Assembly (NCBI GenBank): GCA_964016885.1
Contig: CAXHJY010000157.1
Coordinates: 1 to 64,000 of the forward strand
DNA from: Eledone cirrhosa
Taxonomy: Eukaryota
Length of the DNA stretch: 64,000 nucleotides
Reading direction: 5' to 3'
In this document: positions 15,336 to 28,567 of the stretch, one piece after another
Position numbering within the stretch: position 1 is the first letter of the stretch
How the letters are laid out: each line of letters opens with the position of its first letter
The notes under the pieces: model-generated
The model's database searches: none
What the model was told of the DNA's origin: nothing
What the model saw: the letters and a program-made list of their open reading frames with translations, nothing else
Made by a program: the position numbers and the translations under genes

Positions 15336-15590
15336 TATATATATATATATAAATGAATACGAGCGAGTATGTCAATATATATATATAGGGGTAACAAGTT
15401 ATCGTTATAGGTAATCCAGTTAGAGGTTGTGAGTATTCTGTATCGTGGATAGTTTTAATGTACAGCTTTGTTTGACTCAACAAGATGTTCCCATAGTTAG
15501 GCAGCGAGTTCGCGGTAATTCCTATGTAGGTTATACTTGTAGTAATAATAGCTAAAGATTGAAGAGTAACATCAAGGGGCTTTATTTCAG

Positions 15591-15701
15591 GTGTTAACAA
15601 TTGTTTCATTGATCAGGTGAGTCTAGAGGTCGCTCATTGCTCGAAGTTGCGTCACTCGATCTCAACTACATTGTTTACCTCTGATCAAATCCTCAGAATA
15701 C
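15591..15701 (-). ncRNA. type I hammerhead ribozyme motif with long stem II
   Basis: Minus: gtatt-CTGAGGA-t-ttgatcag...ctgatcaa-t-GAAA-caattg-TT-aacac, then aataaa; one stem I mismatch. Confidence 0.7.
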
Positions 15702-15784
15702 AAATAATTCGTATTCATTTATATATATATATATATATATACATATGTATATATACATATATAAATGAATACGAGCGAGTATGT

Positions 15785-15858
<74 letters not shown>

Positions 15859-16362
15859 GTACATATATATGTGTGTATGTGTGTGTGTTTTTACCTACAC
15901 ATATATACATAAATAGACAGATAGATATACGAAATAATTTACTTCCTATATTGCTACGCTCTCCAAATTGAAATTGTTATGTCTAAGCATCATATTTAAT
16001 TAGCATGATATTTGACAAGCGGTCAAATTATTGTAATTATTCCAGCCACTTATTTTCTTTCGATTCGTCCTATTTATATCCAGTAATTCTATTCTCTAAA
16101 GTGGTTAAACTAACGAATTTAAACTGTCATTCAGTTCCTGTGATATATCGTGTAATATTTTTCAAAGATATTTCATGCAGTATCACAGTAATATTCCATG
16201 ACAGAAGTCCACTGTGAATTCTATTAATTTTGTTTCTCTTATTCTTTTTTTTGTATTCTATGATACTCTCATAGTGCCCCACTTTATAGTCATTTAACAA
16301 TTTCAAATATAAAATCCCTTTTTAATTGAGAAAAACTGATTGTAAAAAAAAAAAATGGTTGG

Positions 16363-16512
16363 ATAACACCCATAAGCTTGGCTAGTTACTCTTGGGGATC
16401 CAGTAGGATCTGTTATAGACAGTTGCATCTGAAAGGACCCGCTGGAGGGAGTGTTTGAGGACTCTTCCCCCGCGACCCTCTCAGTAATAAGTGGGCGGAG
16501 TAGAAGAAGAGA
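16363..16512 (+). mobile_element. RTE-like LINE 3' end
   Basis: Homologous to 31835-32052 and 34720-34975; RW-DN and DRTRWR-CL type terminus with a GAA tail. Confidence 0.7.
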
Positions 16513-16769
16513 GGAATTAAAAACGTTGTTTGATTTTAAAATGTTTCAGTGACTTTTGTGCCACATTATACATGTTTTCTTTTTTTGATGTTTAAGGAGA
16601 GAGAGCAGGGCAGTGCCAAACTTTCTTTTCGGGGGCTTCAAGTTTGTTTGAAAGTGGAGAGGGATGAAGTTATCCTTAAAATGGAGATCTGGACTGAATG
16701 CTTGTAATGTTGTGGGGACTCTGTTCAAGAGACCCAAGTGTCAGGTGGTTGTGTTGAAATAAATTACGA

Positions 16770-17070
16770 CACATTTATTGTTGAAGAGTCTTCTCTTCAA
16801 CAATTCATCTCGGCTACACTACAGGAGGGTCAAACTACTTTTCCTACTTTCATGTCTTTAATTGCTCTATCTATTACACTGTTGTCAACGTCTATAGCCC
16901 GTCTCTTAATTGTCTCTAAGTGGGGTACACTCTCTTTGTCCTTTTATCTATTTTTTAGGCATAATGCCCTATTTTAGGTCTAAGTGATGAATCTTGTTAT
17001 TCTAAAGTCCCACCTGTCTACTCATAGTGGTGAGTCTCCAGAGAAACCAGACTCATTACTTAGCCAACAT
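16770..17070 (-). pseudogene. LINE (RTE-like) ORF2 remnant
   Basis: Minus strand VDNSVIDRAIKDMKVGKVV*PSCSVAEM resembles the AIK-MK-GKAPGP-G--AEM motif preceding the RT domain. Confidence 0.55.
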
Positions 17071-17146
17071 AAAGATTATATATATGTGTGTGTGTATGTG
17101 TATATATATATATATACGTGTGTGTATGTGTGTGTGTGTCTCCCTA

Positions 17147-17177
<31 letters not shown>

Positions 17178-17819
17178 CTCTCTCTCTCTCTCTCTTCATT
17201 TCTCATTTTACGTGTTCAGCTCTTAGCAGACTTTCTAAACAAATTCTAATAACTGCACTGACGAGATTTAATGCTCAACCGAAATTACGTTTAAAACGAG
17301 TTTAATTCAGTTTAGAAAGTAGTAACAAAGGGAAGAATGTGCTATAAGCTTTATAATTCAATCTAAATAAGGAGACGTCTTGTAAAATTTTCGACAACTT
17401 ATATATAGTTTACCCAATCTACACAGTTGACACATGATGTAAAAACGACCGCCATAAAAATAATGTTTCGCTCCACTTAAACTTTCGTAGAAGAGATTTT
17501 TATCAAGTTTATGTTTTTATTCAATTTTACGTCAATGAAGCAAACAAAATAGATAATCACCATAATAGCTGATACTACCGCCGTCTCTTCCACCTCCATT
17601 TTCTAAAAACCCTCGCCCGCCCCAGCCATGTCCAAATCTAAAGTTTCTTCTCCAGCATCTTTACTGTTTTCTTAATTTTAATGCTGTTTAACTTGATGAT
17701 AGTATTATTGTTATTGTTTTTAGTCATGTTTCTTTCTTTTCCTGCTTTTTCATTCTTCACTTCCTTCTTCAACTCTTACTACACCTTCATCTTGTTATTA
17801 TTTTCATTGTTATTATCAT

Positions 17820-18657
17820 AGACAGTGGTTTGCTGCAATCGGTCGAGCGTCAGACAGTATATTTTACATTTGTTCCGGCTCTTTAAGTTCTGAGTTCACA
17901 TCATGTAGCAGCCACATCTGCCTTTAATCGATCTAGAATGGATAAATTAAAGTACCAGTCAATCAACCGCGTCAACGAATTGGTATTTACTTCTTCTAAA
18001 ACTGGTAGATTTGTACCTAAATTAAGATCCATACGCTTTGTGGATTGGCAAAATTGTTCGGGCCTTGTGCAGAATGCTTGGTTTCGTTTCTAATATCAAA
18101 TTCCATAGACGTTAACTTTGCATTTTATCCTTCTCTTCCAGAGTCAATAAAATAAAGAACCAGTCAAGTACTGAATACGACGTGATAGACGTTTCTCCAC
18201 CACATATAATTGCTGGTCTTATGCCTAAAATAGAAGCCAGGATTTTTGTGTTCTTTATCTTGTTACGGTTATCTTTAAGGCGGTGGAGCGTCGGACTGCA
18301 TGCTTTGTGGAATATAGTTACGTCTCTATACGGTCTGGGTTCAAATCCCGCCGATGCTAGCTTTCTCATCCTTACCGAGTCGATAAAATTATGTACCAGT
18401 AATGTACTGAAGTCGATTTAATCGTCTTTCTCCTCCCCAAAATTAGTTGGCCTTTTGCCTAAATCAGAGACCGTTGGATCGGCAGTATCGGTAGAGAGTC
18501 GGACGCCATGCTTTCCAGCATAGTTACGTCCCTTTACGATCTGAGTTCAAATCCCGCCGAGGTTGACTTTGCCTTTCATCCTTACAGGGTCGATAAAATA
18601 AAGTACCAGTAATACACTGGGTAATTGCTGGCCTTGTGCCTAAAGTAGAAACAGTTA
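17820..18657 (+). mobile_element. cluster of four head-to-tail SINE A-like copies of different ages
   Basis: Copies at about 17820, 18040, 18275 and 18476; the last is near consensus. Confidence 0.8.
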
Positions 18658-19565
18658 TTATTAACATTTATTAACTGTTATTTTGTGTTGTCAAAGAGTG
18701 AAAGTTACCCAACGAAAATTAATGAAAGAATTTGAATAGAGAGGGGAAACGTTATAGAGTTTCAAATAATGTCTTGTTATTGCTGTATATATTTATTATA
18801 TATGTTTTATTCGTTTTATTAAAGTGTAAATGAATAAATCCTTACATAGACTTGTTACTGAGGTTTTGTATCCACATAATGCACATATATGAGTAATTTC
18901 TCCATACAGTAGCTAATAGCAGCAATAATATCACTGATAGACATACACATACACACATATCCGCATCTGCACAACACGAAGTTACAAATAGGAAAACGTA
19001 TACACAAACACATAAATACAGATATACACATATACATACATACACATGTAAGAACAGAAAAAGACGCATACATACAAGAATATAGATACACAAACACACA
19101 GACACAGGTATACACTTATACACGCATACACATGTAAGCACAGATAAACACGCATACATACAATCATATACATACACAAACACATATACACACAGGAAAA
19201 TACACGCACAAACAATAGAACAAAATGTTATCACTTTTTTTTCGTTTTATTTCATATTTCCTAGTTATTATCTCGCAGACGCCGATCCAATAATCGATAA
19301 ATTGTAGGAAGTGAGTGATCGATACATTGATAATACAAATGTATATTCGATAAATGAGGAATGAAAAACCTTCGAAAAAAATGGACTGTTTAAAGAAATA
19401 TAAATCAGCATTGGTGTTATAAATACCAATCTATTTATGAGAAAATCATTTAACTGTTTGCGAGACGAAGAGATTTATATTGTTGTGAAACGAACACAAT
19501 GGTCAGTTCAAATCCACTATTATGTGTTTGTATGTATATATACACATACGTACATATATACACAA

Positions 19566-19610
<45 letters not shown>

Positions 19611-19695
19611 TGTGTGTGTTATATGTATATATATATATATGTGTGTGTGTGTATATATATATATTGTTTATATAATATACACTACATTAACATAT

Positions 19696-19750
<55 letters not shown>

Positions 19751-20039
19751 AATATAGATATAGATTTAAAAGAATCGAAGTCAGTGTTGCAGCATATGTA
19801 CAAACGTTATTATATACATATATATGTGTGTGAGTGTCTGTGTGTGTGTGTGTCTGTCTGTCTCTCTGTTTGTGTGTGTTTGTGTGTGTGTGTGGGGGGG
19901 GGGGGTAATAGGAATGTAGATCGACGACACAATGCCAGATACGTAGAAAGCTTCGCAATTATTTCAATCTTGTTCACAGAACAGCTCAACGATAACGGAT
20001 GCACAAAAATCTTTATCAGCGATAACACATAAACGACAT

Positions 20040-20400
20040 AGTCTTGAAGGAACAATAACCCAAAATAGAACTTGATACGCCCGATAAAATCAAAGATATT
20101 GAAGACTTTTAACAATTTCACAAACAATTTCTAAAACGCCTGGAAGGTATGGGGTCAACCTATGAATAAACTTTCAATTACAAAGTGTTAGAAATGTATA
20201 ATCGGTAAATTAAGACAAGGGTCTCCTCAGCAAGTTGTTCGAAGAATAAATAACCGAAAATTCAGGTCATCTCCGGAGGTAAGCAAAGCCAGACAGGCGG
20301 TTCTCTCGTGCTGTACTGGAGTAAATACTGATTTACAAATCTTACAGCAAAAAAGAGCTAGGCTATCGATGTGAATTGGAGGGAAGATACTAAAAGGAGA
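20040..20400 (+). pseudogene. possible highly decayed LINE RT fragment
   Basis: Frameshifted traces IEDF*Q, FQVISGGKQ and FSRAVLE*IL recall FxDFxxAFD and GVxQG...FNxVLE. Confidence 0.3.
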
Positions 20401-20402
20401 AT

Positions 20403-20509
<107 letters not shown>

Positions 20510-20540
20510 CAGTAATCAAAGTTCAGTTTAAGTCATTTAT

Positions 20541-20589
20541 TTGCTTACAATTGTTTCCTCCAGACCGAGGTTTGGATTCTTCGGAGCAA
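20541..20589 (-). ncRNA. hammerhead ribozyme motif (U4C core change)
   Basis: Minus: ttgct-CCGAAGA-a-tcca..tgga-g-GAAA-caattg-TA-agcaa, running into aataaa. Confidence 0.7.
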
Positions 20590-21020
20590 CTATTTATAAC
20601 ATACTTGACCTCCTTTTCAACCCAAGAGACACATAAAACATATGCGCATATTGATCAGCAGTGGGGTGACATTCATCAAATGATATAGCATGGCAATTTA
20701 CATATAAAGGTTACAGGATAAAAATAAAATAAAAACAAGAGTGAAAACAAGAGTGAAAATAAAGATAAACATGAAGCGTTGGCAGTCTATGAAGATAAAG
20801 CAAGAGGAAAGCTTAGAGTAGTCAGTGTATGAAACAATCTCCCGTGTAGCATGCACGCGTGTCTTATTTATACATGATTAGAGTGCGTCAGAATGATATT
20901 TGCAGGGTCAGGCAGTTGAAGCAAGCAATCGATCTTATTATGTAGGCTGAATTATTAAGTCATTTATTCTCATACATCTGTATGATATACACTCTCGGAT
21001 GCGGGGAAACACCAAAATAT

Positions 21021-21134
<114 letters not shown>

Positions 21135-21186
21135 AAAAGAATCCAACGTTTATCATTTATAATTTTCAACAAACAAGGTGAGTGCT

Positions 21187-21232
21187 AGGCTTTGACGAAT
21201 ACCAACAGTATGAAACAGAGATCTGTCAGCTT
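21187..21232 (+). ncRNA. hammerhead ribozyme motif (C3U) with extended stem I
   Basis: aggct-TTGACGA-atac-caaca-gtat-GAAA-cagagatctg-TC-agctt, enclosed by attttcaacaaacaa / ttgtttgttgaaaat (21162-21255). Confidence 0.75.
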
Positions 21233-21409
21233 ATCGCCCTTTGTTTGTTGAAAATAGAAGTTAGTGACATAGTCACTACTTTAAAGCGATAGCGTAAGGT
21301 CTTCAAAAAAATGTTTAATTAAGCATACAGTGTATTGCCAAATATACTATATATACATCCATATATACATCGCTATTTCAGAGCACCAATTCTAATTTAT
21401 ACATATATT

Positions 21410-21444
<35 letters not shown>

Positions 21445-21583
21445 ATATACATAAGTAGAAGGGGTATTTAATTTGTTGGAAATCCGACAAATATAAATAT
21501 AAATGTTTATAACTGATTTAGAGCACTCAACAAGCCACTGGAGTAAATATTCAATGATATTAAATAAATGGAAACTATATTTT

Positions 21584-21774
21584 TAAAACCATATTTATTT
21601 TATTATATATATTTCAAGGGTACCAAAAGACTTTGGTACGCTTTCTTCTGATAAGGTATGATTTTCCTGGGTATGTCTCTATTTATAAAACAGACTTTGT
21701 ATTTGATCTGAAGAAAGCGTACCAAAGTCTTTTGGTACCGTTGAAATATATATAATAAAATAAATATGGTTTTA
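21584..21774. repeat. inverted repeat (~69-bp arms), each arm carrying an HHR motif
   Basis: 21584-21652 versus 21706-21774; plus strand CTGAAGA(21708)-aagcgtacc..ggtaccgtt-GAAA-tatata-TA-ataa. Confidence 0.8.
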
Positions 21775-21798
21775 TATATATATATTTATATATATATA

Positions 21799-21933
<135 letters not shown>

Positions 21934-22068
21934 TATTTTAGTATGTGTTGGTTGTTTACCGACACCTCATTATGAGGTCATAAACAATAATAGCTGTCAC
22001 TGAAATATGTATAGCAGAGAATTTATAATAAACGAAGACAAATTTAACATGTTTGACTTACTTATTTG

Positions 22069-22124
<56 letters not shown>

Positions 22125-22128
<4 letters not shown>

Positions 22129-22640
22129 CATTATGAAGAGAGGAAACATTAGATATAATTAGTAATAAGATATATCATACCCAACTGCTTCTTCAGTCGC
22201 CGACTACGTAGTTTCGTGGCATATTATGCAAAAACACTACATCACAGAGATATAGATTTTTTGTGAGGTCTGCCGACTTATCAAGAGGATACCTCATTAA
22301 GGGTTTCAAAACACGTCCGTAAGATGCGAGATAGAATCCCGAAAGGCGGAGGGGGAGTCAATCACGTGATATAGCGGTCAAGAAACAGAGCTAAGCCTCT
22401 TATAACCCTGAAAAAAATACCAAGGAGGCGGAGGGGATATTTATATCAAGGCCGTAGAACCCTTAATGATGTATGCTCTTGATAAGTCGGCAGACCTCAC
22501 AAAAATTCTATATTTCTGTGATGTAGTGTTTTTGCATAATATGCCACGAAACTACGTAGTCGGGGACTAAAGAAGCAGTTGGGTATGATATATCTTATTA
22601 CTAATTATATCTAATGTTTTTTCTCTCTTCATAATGTATT
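22125..22640. repeat. inverted repeat (~180-bp arms) adjoining (TA)n, Penelope-type inverted insertion
   Basis: 22125-22305 versus 22458-22640; contains GAAA-ctacgtag-TC (palindromic stem III, GUC). Confidence 0.85.
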
Positions 22641-22809
22641 TTATAGCTCTGATACTGAATCAATCTAATCCATTTGGATTGGTTTGTCCCAGTTATTCAT
22701 AGAGCAACATCGGTTGAGGTTGGTACCACTAACTCAAGGATATATGTGGATATATTCATGTATATGTATGTGTCCGCATGTATCTGTGTGTTTCTCTATA
22801 TATTGTATA

Positions 22810-23195
22810 TATATATATATATATTACCTTCTTCATTTCACCATTACGTTTCTCTCTCACCCCGGTACTCTCTCTAGTTTTCTTTGCGTCTTACTCTACT
22901 TTCCACCCGTGTGGTTTCGTGTCTTCTTTCCACTGCCTCACATCCTTTTTCCCCACCAAAATGACTGACTGAATAAGAAGGTGTTTTTTTCTCTCATTTT
23001 TTCCGTATTTTTCTCTTCTCACTCTTTATATTTTTATTTTATATCTTTTATTTCTAATTGTATCTTCTGATGAAGGACTAGCATCCGAAACGTTCAGACT
23101 ATTTTCCTGTTATTTCAAGCGTTAAGCTAATATATTTTTTCAATGTAATGTGTCGGTTGCTTTGTTATTTCTGTTTAATCTTTTTTTTAATTTTT
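22810..23195 (+). mobile_element. Penelope pLTR-like fragment (family P)
   Basis: Homologous to 29610-29830(-), 32850-32935(-), 33410-33595(-) and 40480-40850(+); carries an HHR. Confidence 0.7.
23063..23098 (+). ncRNA. minimal hammerhead ribozyme motif
   Basis: tctt-CTGATGA-a-gga-ctagca-tcc-GAAA-cgttc-aga. Confidence 0.75.
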
Positions 23196-23209
23196 ACATA
23201 CATACACGC

Positions 23210-23245
<36 letters not shown>

Positions 23246-23386
23246 ATGTGTGTCTCAATGTGTGTGTATGCGTTCCTCTACAATTCCATTAAACTCTTAT
23301 ATAATATTAACCTTTGACACAGAAAACACCATTATTCTTCTGATACACCGTCAATTCTGGTCAATAGCCGGAGATTTATTCTCTGT

Positions 23387-23457
<71 letters not shown>

Positions 23458-23654
23458 CACACAGACACATTGGTATCTGTACACAGGCGTGGTGAAGCAC
23501 ATACATAGACACACAAACTCTCACCTTCACACGTACACACATTCACTAATATACATACATTCTATGAGATTCTATAGAGTTATTTCAATAAATTGCTCAG
23601 ACTTTCGTCTTGTCTATCTTGATTAGCCACGACAGCAGTAAAGGAATACATATC

Positions 23655-24480
23655 TGTGTGGGCCTGTGTGTTAGTGTATGACTATATGTCTATGTGTGCC
23701 TGTGTGTGTATGTATGTCTGTATATATATGCGTACCTCTGTATATGCTTGTGTGTATGTATGTGTGGGTCTGTGTGTTAGTGTATGACTATATGTCTATG
23801 TGTGCCTGTGTGTGTATGTATGTATGTATATATGTGTGGGTCTGTGTGTTAGTGTATGACTATATGCCTATGTGTGCCTGTGTGTGCATGTCTGTGTATA
23901 TATGTGTGGGCCTGTGTGTGTATGTAAGTCTGTGTATATGCGTACCTCGGTATATGCTTGTGTGTATGTCTGAGGGGGTTTGTGTGTTAGAGTATGACTA
24001 TATGCCTATGTGTGCCTGTGTGTGTATGTATGTCTGTGTATATATGCGTACCTCTGTATATGCTTGTGTGTATGTCTGAGGGGGTTTGTGTGTTTGTGTA
24101 TGACTACATGCCTATATGTACATGTATATGTATGTGTGTGTATGTATGTGTGGGTCTGTGGGTGTGTGTATGACTATGTGCCTATGTCTGTATGTATATG
24201 TATGTGTATATGTGCGTCTATGTGTATGTCTGTGTAGGTGTGTGTATTTGTGCATGAGTATGTGTCTATGTGTGCCTATGTATGTGTATATGTATGTGTA
24301 CATGCGTACCTCTGTATATCGTTTTGTGTGTATGTCGACGTGGGTATTGGCGTTTGTGTATGACTATGTGTCTATGTTTGTCTGTGTGTGTATATATGTC
24401 TGTGTATATGTGTCTCTGTATATGCCTGTGTGTGTAAATATGTCTATCTGTGTATATGTGTTCATCTGTATATGCATGTG
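23655..24480. repeat. TG-rich minisatellite, unit of about 60-110 bp
   Basis: Recurrent tgtgtgggtctgtgtgttagtgtatgactatatgyctatgtgtgcctgtg. Confidence 0.85.
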
Positions 24481-25390
24481 CATGTGAATGTGTGTGTATC
24501 TATGTACGTCTATATACAAACACTATTGTGTGTACGTGTTTGTCTCTGCGTGCCTATACCTTAAGTACGTATCGAAATAAATATCACTACATGTGTATAT
24601 GTGTATGTGTGTATGGCTGTGTAACTGTGTAACCGTTTTATGTACGTGTACAATAATTATATGCGTATCTATGTGTGTCAGAGTGGGTCACCAGTATATA
24701 CATCTTGTCTCACAGAGCGATGTGTCTGTGTGTAGGTGTGTACATGGGTGTGTGTGTGTGTGTGTGTGTGTGTGTATTTTTGTGTGTAAATATGTATGTA
24801 TGTATGAGTGCACAAGTATTTGCACAGTTTCTTATCAGAGGTATGTGTGTGTATGTATGTATGCACATGTATACATACATTGTCCTCTCACACAAGTCAT
24901 GTGCATATATGATAGTGTATGTATGAGTGCACAAGTATATATGCACAGGTTCTTATCACAGGTATGTGTGTATCTATGCACATGTATACATACATTGTCA
25001 TTTTACACAAGTGATGTGTGTATGTGATAGTGTATGTGTGAGTAGATATTCAATAGAAATGTTAAGCTATCAGCAAGCCAAAGGCCACTATATGTTCATG
25101 TCCTGCAGTGATTTCAATAACCTTTCCTTCCCCTATCTCTCTCTCCCTCTCTCTCACACCATCTCACTCGCCCCCCTCTCTCTCTCTCTCTTTAACTAAC
25201 ACTATATCTATCGCTCTCTCTACTTGTACATATATTAATTTCTCTCTGTCTCACACTATTAATATATTTATATATACTTCTCTCTATGCACCTCTCTTTA
25301 TATATAGTTCTTTCTATTTTACATCACACTTCTCTACTTCTCTACTTTCAGCTGCCTATAACGGCTTCTTACTTTCATTCTCGTTTTAAA

Positions 25391-25445
25391 TGTATGTATG
25401 TATATATATATTATATATATATACATACATATATATGTATATATA

Positions 25446-25505
<60 letters not shown>

Positions 25506-25597
25506 TATATATATATACATACATATATATATGTATGTATGTATATATATATGTATATATATATATATATATATGCATATATATATGCATATATATA

Positions 25598-25631
<34 letters not shown>

Positions 25632-25651
25632 TATATATATGCATATATATA

Positions 25652-25710
<59 letters not shown>

Positions 25711-25725
25711 GCATATGTGTCTCTT

Positions 25726-25781
<56 letters not shown>

Positions 25782-25810
25782 CACACAAATACACTAACGT
25801 ATACATACAT
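25391..25810. repeat. (TA)n microsatellite with TGCA interruptions
   Basis: Directly visible. Confidence 0.95.
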
Positions 25811-26829
25811 ACTTCTGTGATGTAGATTATGTGTATTGTGGATATATATATATCTCATTCTAACTCTCTTTCCATTCTATACCCTGCTAAAGTTGTTCTT
25901 TCCTGTCTTTTAAGCAAGCTCAATTTTTTTTCTTCCGCTATTCTCTTCTATGTCATTCATTCTTTCGCACTTTCTGTCTTTCTGTATTTCTAGCTCATTC
26001 TGACCTCCCACCTTTCTTTCACTCTCCTGTTGGTCAAGTTAGACAAATTGGTTGGTTATCGACTGAGCTAATGACTGAAGACTTCTAGGTGTGTAACCTA
26101 TTAACTATATTGCCTGCGTGACTGCTTCAATTGTCCACGATCAACACATCTACCATTTGCTTACTGTGTCTAACGAACTTTAATCTGGTACTCATTAGTA
26201 GATATAGTTAGCCATTTTAAGTTGAGACCTGACTAGAATATCTTTTTACTTATCTTGAACACATTAAGACAGGTATCTGATTTACTAGTGTTCAACCTTA
26301 GATGAACGACCACTGGGTCAGGAAAGTATGGCCCTTGAAGAGAATCCCATCCGCGGTCTCCATTGAATATATGATGTTCCAAGGAAAACTTCTTTGATTT
26401 CATTATCAATCTTTGGTCACCAACACGGTATAATCATTAATGGTATTGTAACGTACTTTTTACGTGGTTTTCATTCTGCCAATTCGTTCCTATGTTTTAT
26501 TCAGAGTTGTATCCCTGAGACTAGAGTTGCTTGCCAAATAAATGTTATTATTAACGTAATTAAACGATGTTATGGTATTAAGAAAAGGCAGCACGTTCTT
26601 TTTTTGTTCTTCTTCCTTTATATCACCATTTATTTTATCGAACGTCAGACGCTAATAGTGGGAAGTGTTCAATTAATTATAATAAAACAAGCTGAGAGCA
26701 TAACTTTATATGATAATTTTCTTATATTTTATTCGCATCATCTCCAACATACTGAAATAACAATCACACCTTAAATGTTTCCGGCCACTGATATAGCGTG
26801 TTCATATTATGGCCTGCATTCATCTAACA

Positions 26830-27045
26830 AGGGCTGTGGATTGGCAGTATCGGTAGAGAGTCGGACGCCATGCTTTGCAGCAAAGAGTTACGGCCCTTTA
26901 TGATCTGAGTTCAAATCCCGCCGAGGTTAACTTTGCCTTTCATCTTCACGGGGTCGATAAAATAAAGTACCATTCACGCACTGGGGTCGATTTAATCGAC
27001 TCCCCCTCCCCCAAATCCCTGGCCTTGTGCCTATATAAGAAACCA
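26830..27045 (+). mobile_element. SINE family A
   Basis: A box tggcagtatcgg, B box gttcaaatcc, Nin-like ctttcatcttcacggggtcgataaaataaagtacc. Confidence 0.9.
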
Positions 27046-27277
27046 ATATTACATTTAACATTTGTCGATTATCGCAAAGAAATAATCATTACTTCTAAGT
27101 TTAGTACAGACTGTCTAATAAATATTATACTGGAAATTATTGTATCTAAATTTTAATTAATGTAATAGACACTGTCGAATGCCATCACAAAAGTAATGTA
27201 AAATCTTTTTGATTTTAATAAAGATAATCTTTTTTTATGCGAGGGTGTGATATGATATATAACGTGCTACAGTAAAG

Positions 27278-27582
27278 GTACATGACTTAATGGTTAGAGC
27301 ATCGGGCTTACAATCTAGAGATTGTAAGCTTTCGATTCTCGGACCGAGATTTGCGTTGTTCTTGAGCAAGACACTTTATTTCACTTTGTTCCAGTTTACT
27401 CAACTGTAGAAATAAGTTGCGACGTCACTGGTGCCAAGCTGTATCGATCTTTGCCTTTCTCTTGGACAGTATCGGTGGCGTGGAGAGGGGAGACTGGTAT
27501 GCATAGGTAACTGCTGGCCTTCCACAAACAAACTCGCCCGGACATCTGCCTCGGAGGGGAACTTGCTAGGTGAAAATCCCAT
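27278..27582 (+). mobile_element. SINE family B, near full length
   Basis: tRNA-like head tgacttaatggttagagc...ttcgattc; central ttcttgagcaagacactttatttcac domain; 3' region matches 43120-43205 reversed. Confidence 0.75.
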
Positions 27583-28416
27583 CAAAGTTACCACACTTAG
27601 TAAAACAACATTCTTAAATAGAAAAGGAAAGGAAAAGATCAGACCAAGGAAACAATATATTTCCATTGCTTATAATATCTACAGGTTACAAAACTTGTCA
27701 AACGGAGGCAGATTAGAGCTTACAATACACAAAGCCGGAGAAGATATTACAAAGCATCCGTGTGGATGTTTAATAATTCCACCAACACCCTCCTCTCTCC
27801 TGGACTGGTATTATATTTATCGATCCCGAAAAGATGAAATGCAAAGTTCGATCACACGAATAGCTATGTTAGGATTACCTTACTTTAAAAAAAAGCCGGC
27901 AATCTTTAGTTGGTCTGTGAATATTGATTCATTTCGAATCAATATTCCGAAACACTCATCTAAGCTATTCAGAAATTGGTTTAAGTTCGGTTTCATTAAA
28001 ATGTGCAGAAAATAATAATACACAAAAAATTAACAAACAAGAGTAGAATCTAAAATAAAGTTTTACATTTTATATTATTGTGTTTGTTCTTTTCAATATT
28101 TTCGTGAAATAACATTTTGTTTTCAAAATATTGTTCCCATTTACATAATTAGTCTAAATGAGTTATTTTTCTAATCAGTAACACATTCTCGGTGTGTGCT
28201 GTAGAGCTTGGAAATTATTATATTTTCATTTCTTCTATCAGGAGATAAAAACAAACAAATTTCGGAAATCTTCACATGATCGTGAAAATATATGCCTGAA
28301 AAGACATGGAAACCACTTACGGGAAAAACTATGTCATACTACATGGAACATATATTCTATATATATATATAGTGACGAAACATAAGTAAATTGCATGAAC
28401 TCATAATCCTTTATTT

Positions 28417-28489
28417 ACTGCTATATATATTTCGATGATAGCCTTTCGATAGATATTTCGATTGAATGGCTATGACCTCATCAGGTAGT
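28417..28489 (-). ncRNA. hammerhead ribozyme motif
   Basis: Minus: actac-CTGATGA-ggtcatagcc..ggctatcatc-GAAA-tatata-TA-gcagt; intact core, one stem I mismatch. Confidence 0.8.
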
Positions 28490-28567
28490 TAGTCAGTTCT
28501 TAGATATGCCAGCTCTGTGTGTATAGTGTTGATGGTATCAGAGCCTTGGGACATATATATATATATA

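Noticed and set aside
15322-15609. ORF containing TYIGITANSL, resembling a YIG motif
   Set aside because: No upstream GIY/VY or downstream R/H/E motifs; it overlaps the ribozyme and a TA tract
26830-27045. tRNA genes suggested by A and B boxes
   Set aside because: The boxes belong to SINE heads; no cloverleaf can be folded
27431-28015. 194-aa ORF
   Set aside because: It runs through SINE-derived and AT-rich sequence with no recognisable domain
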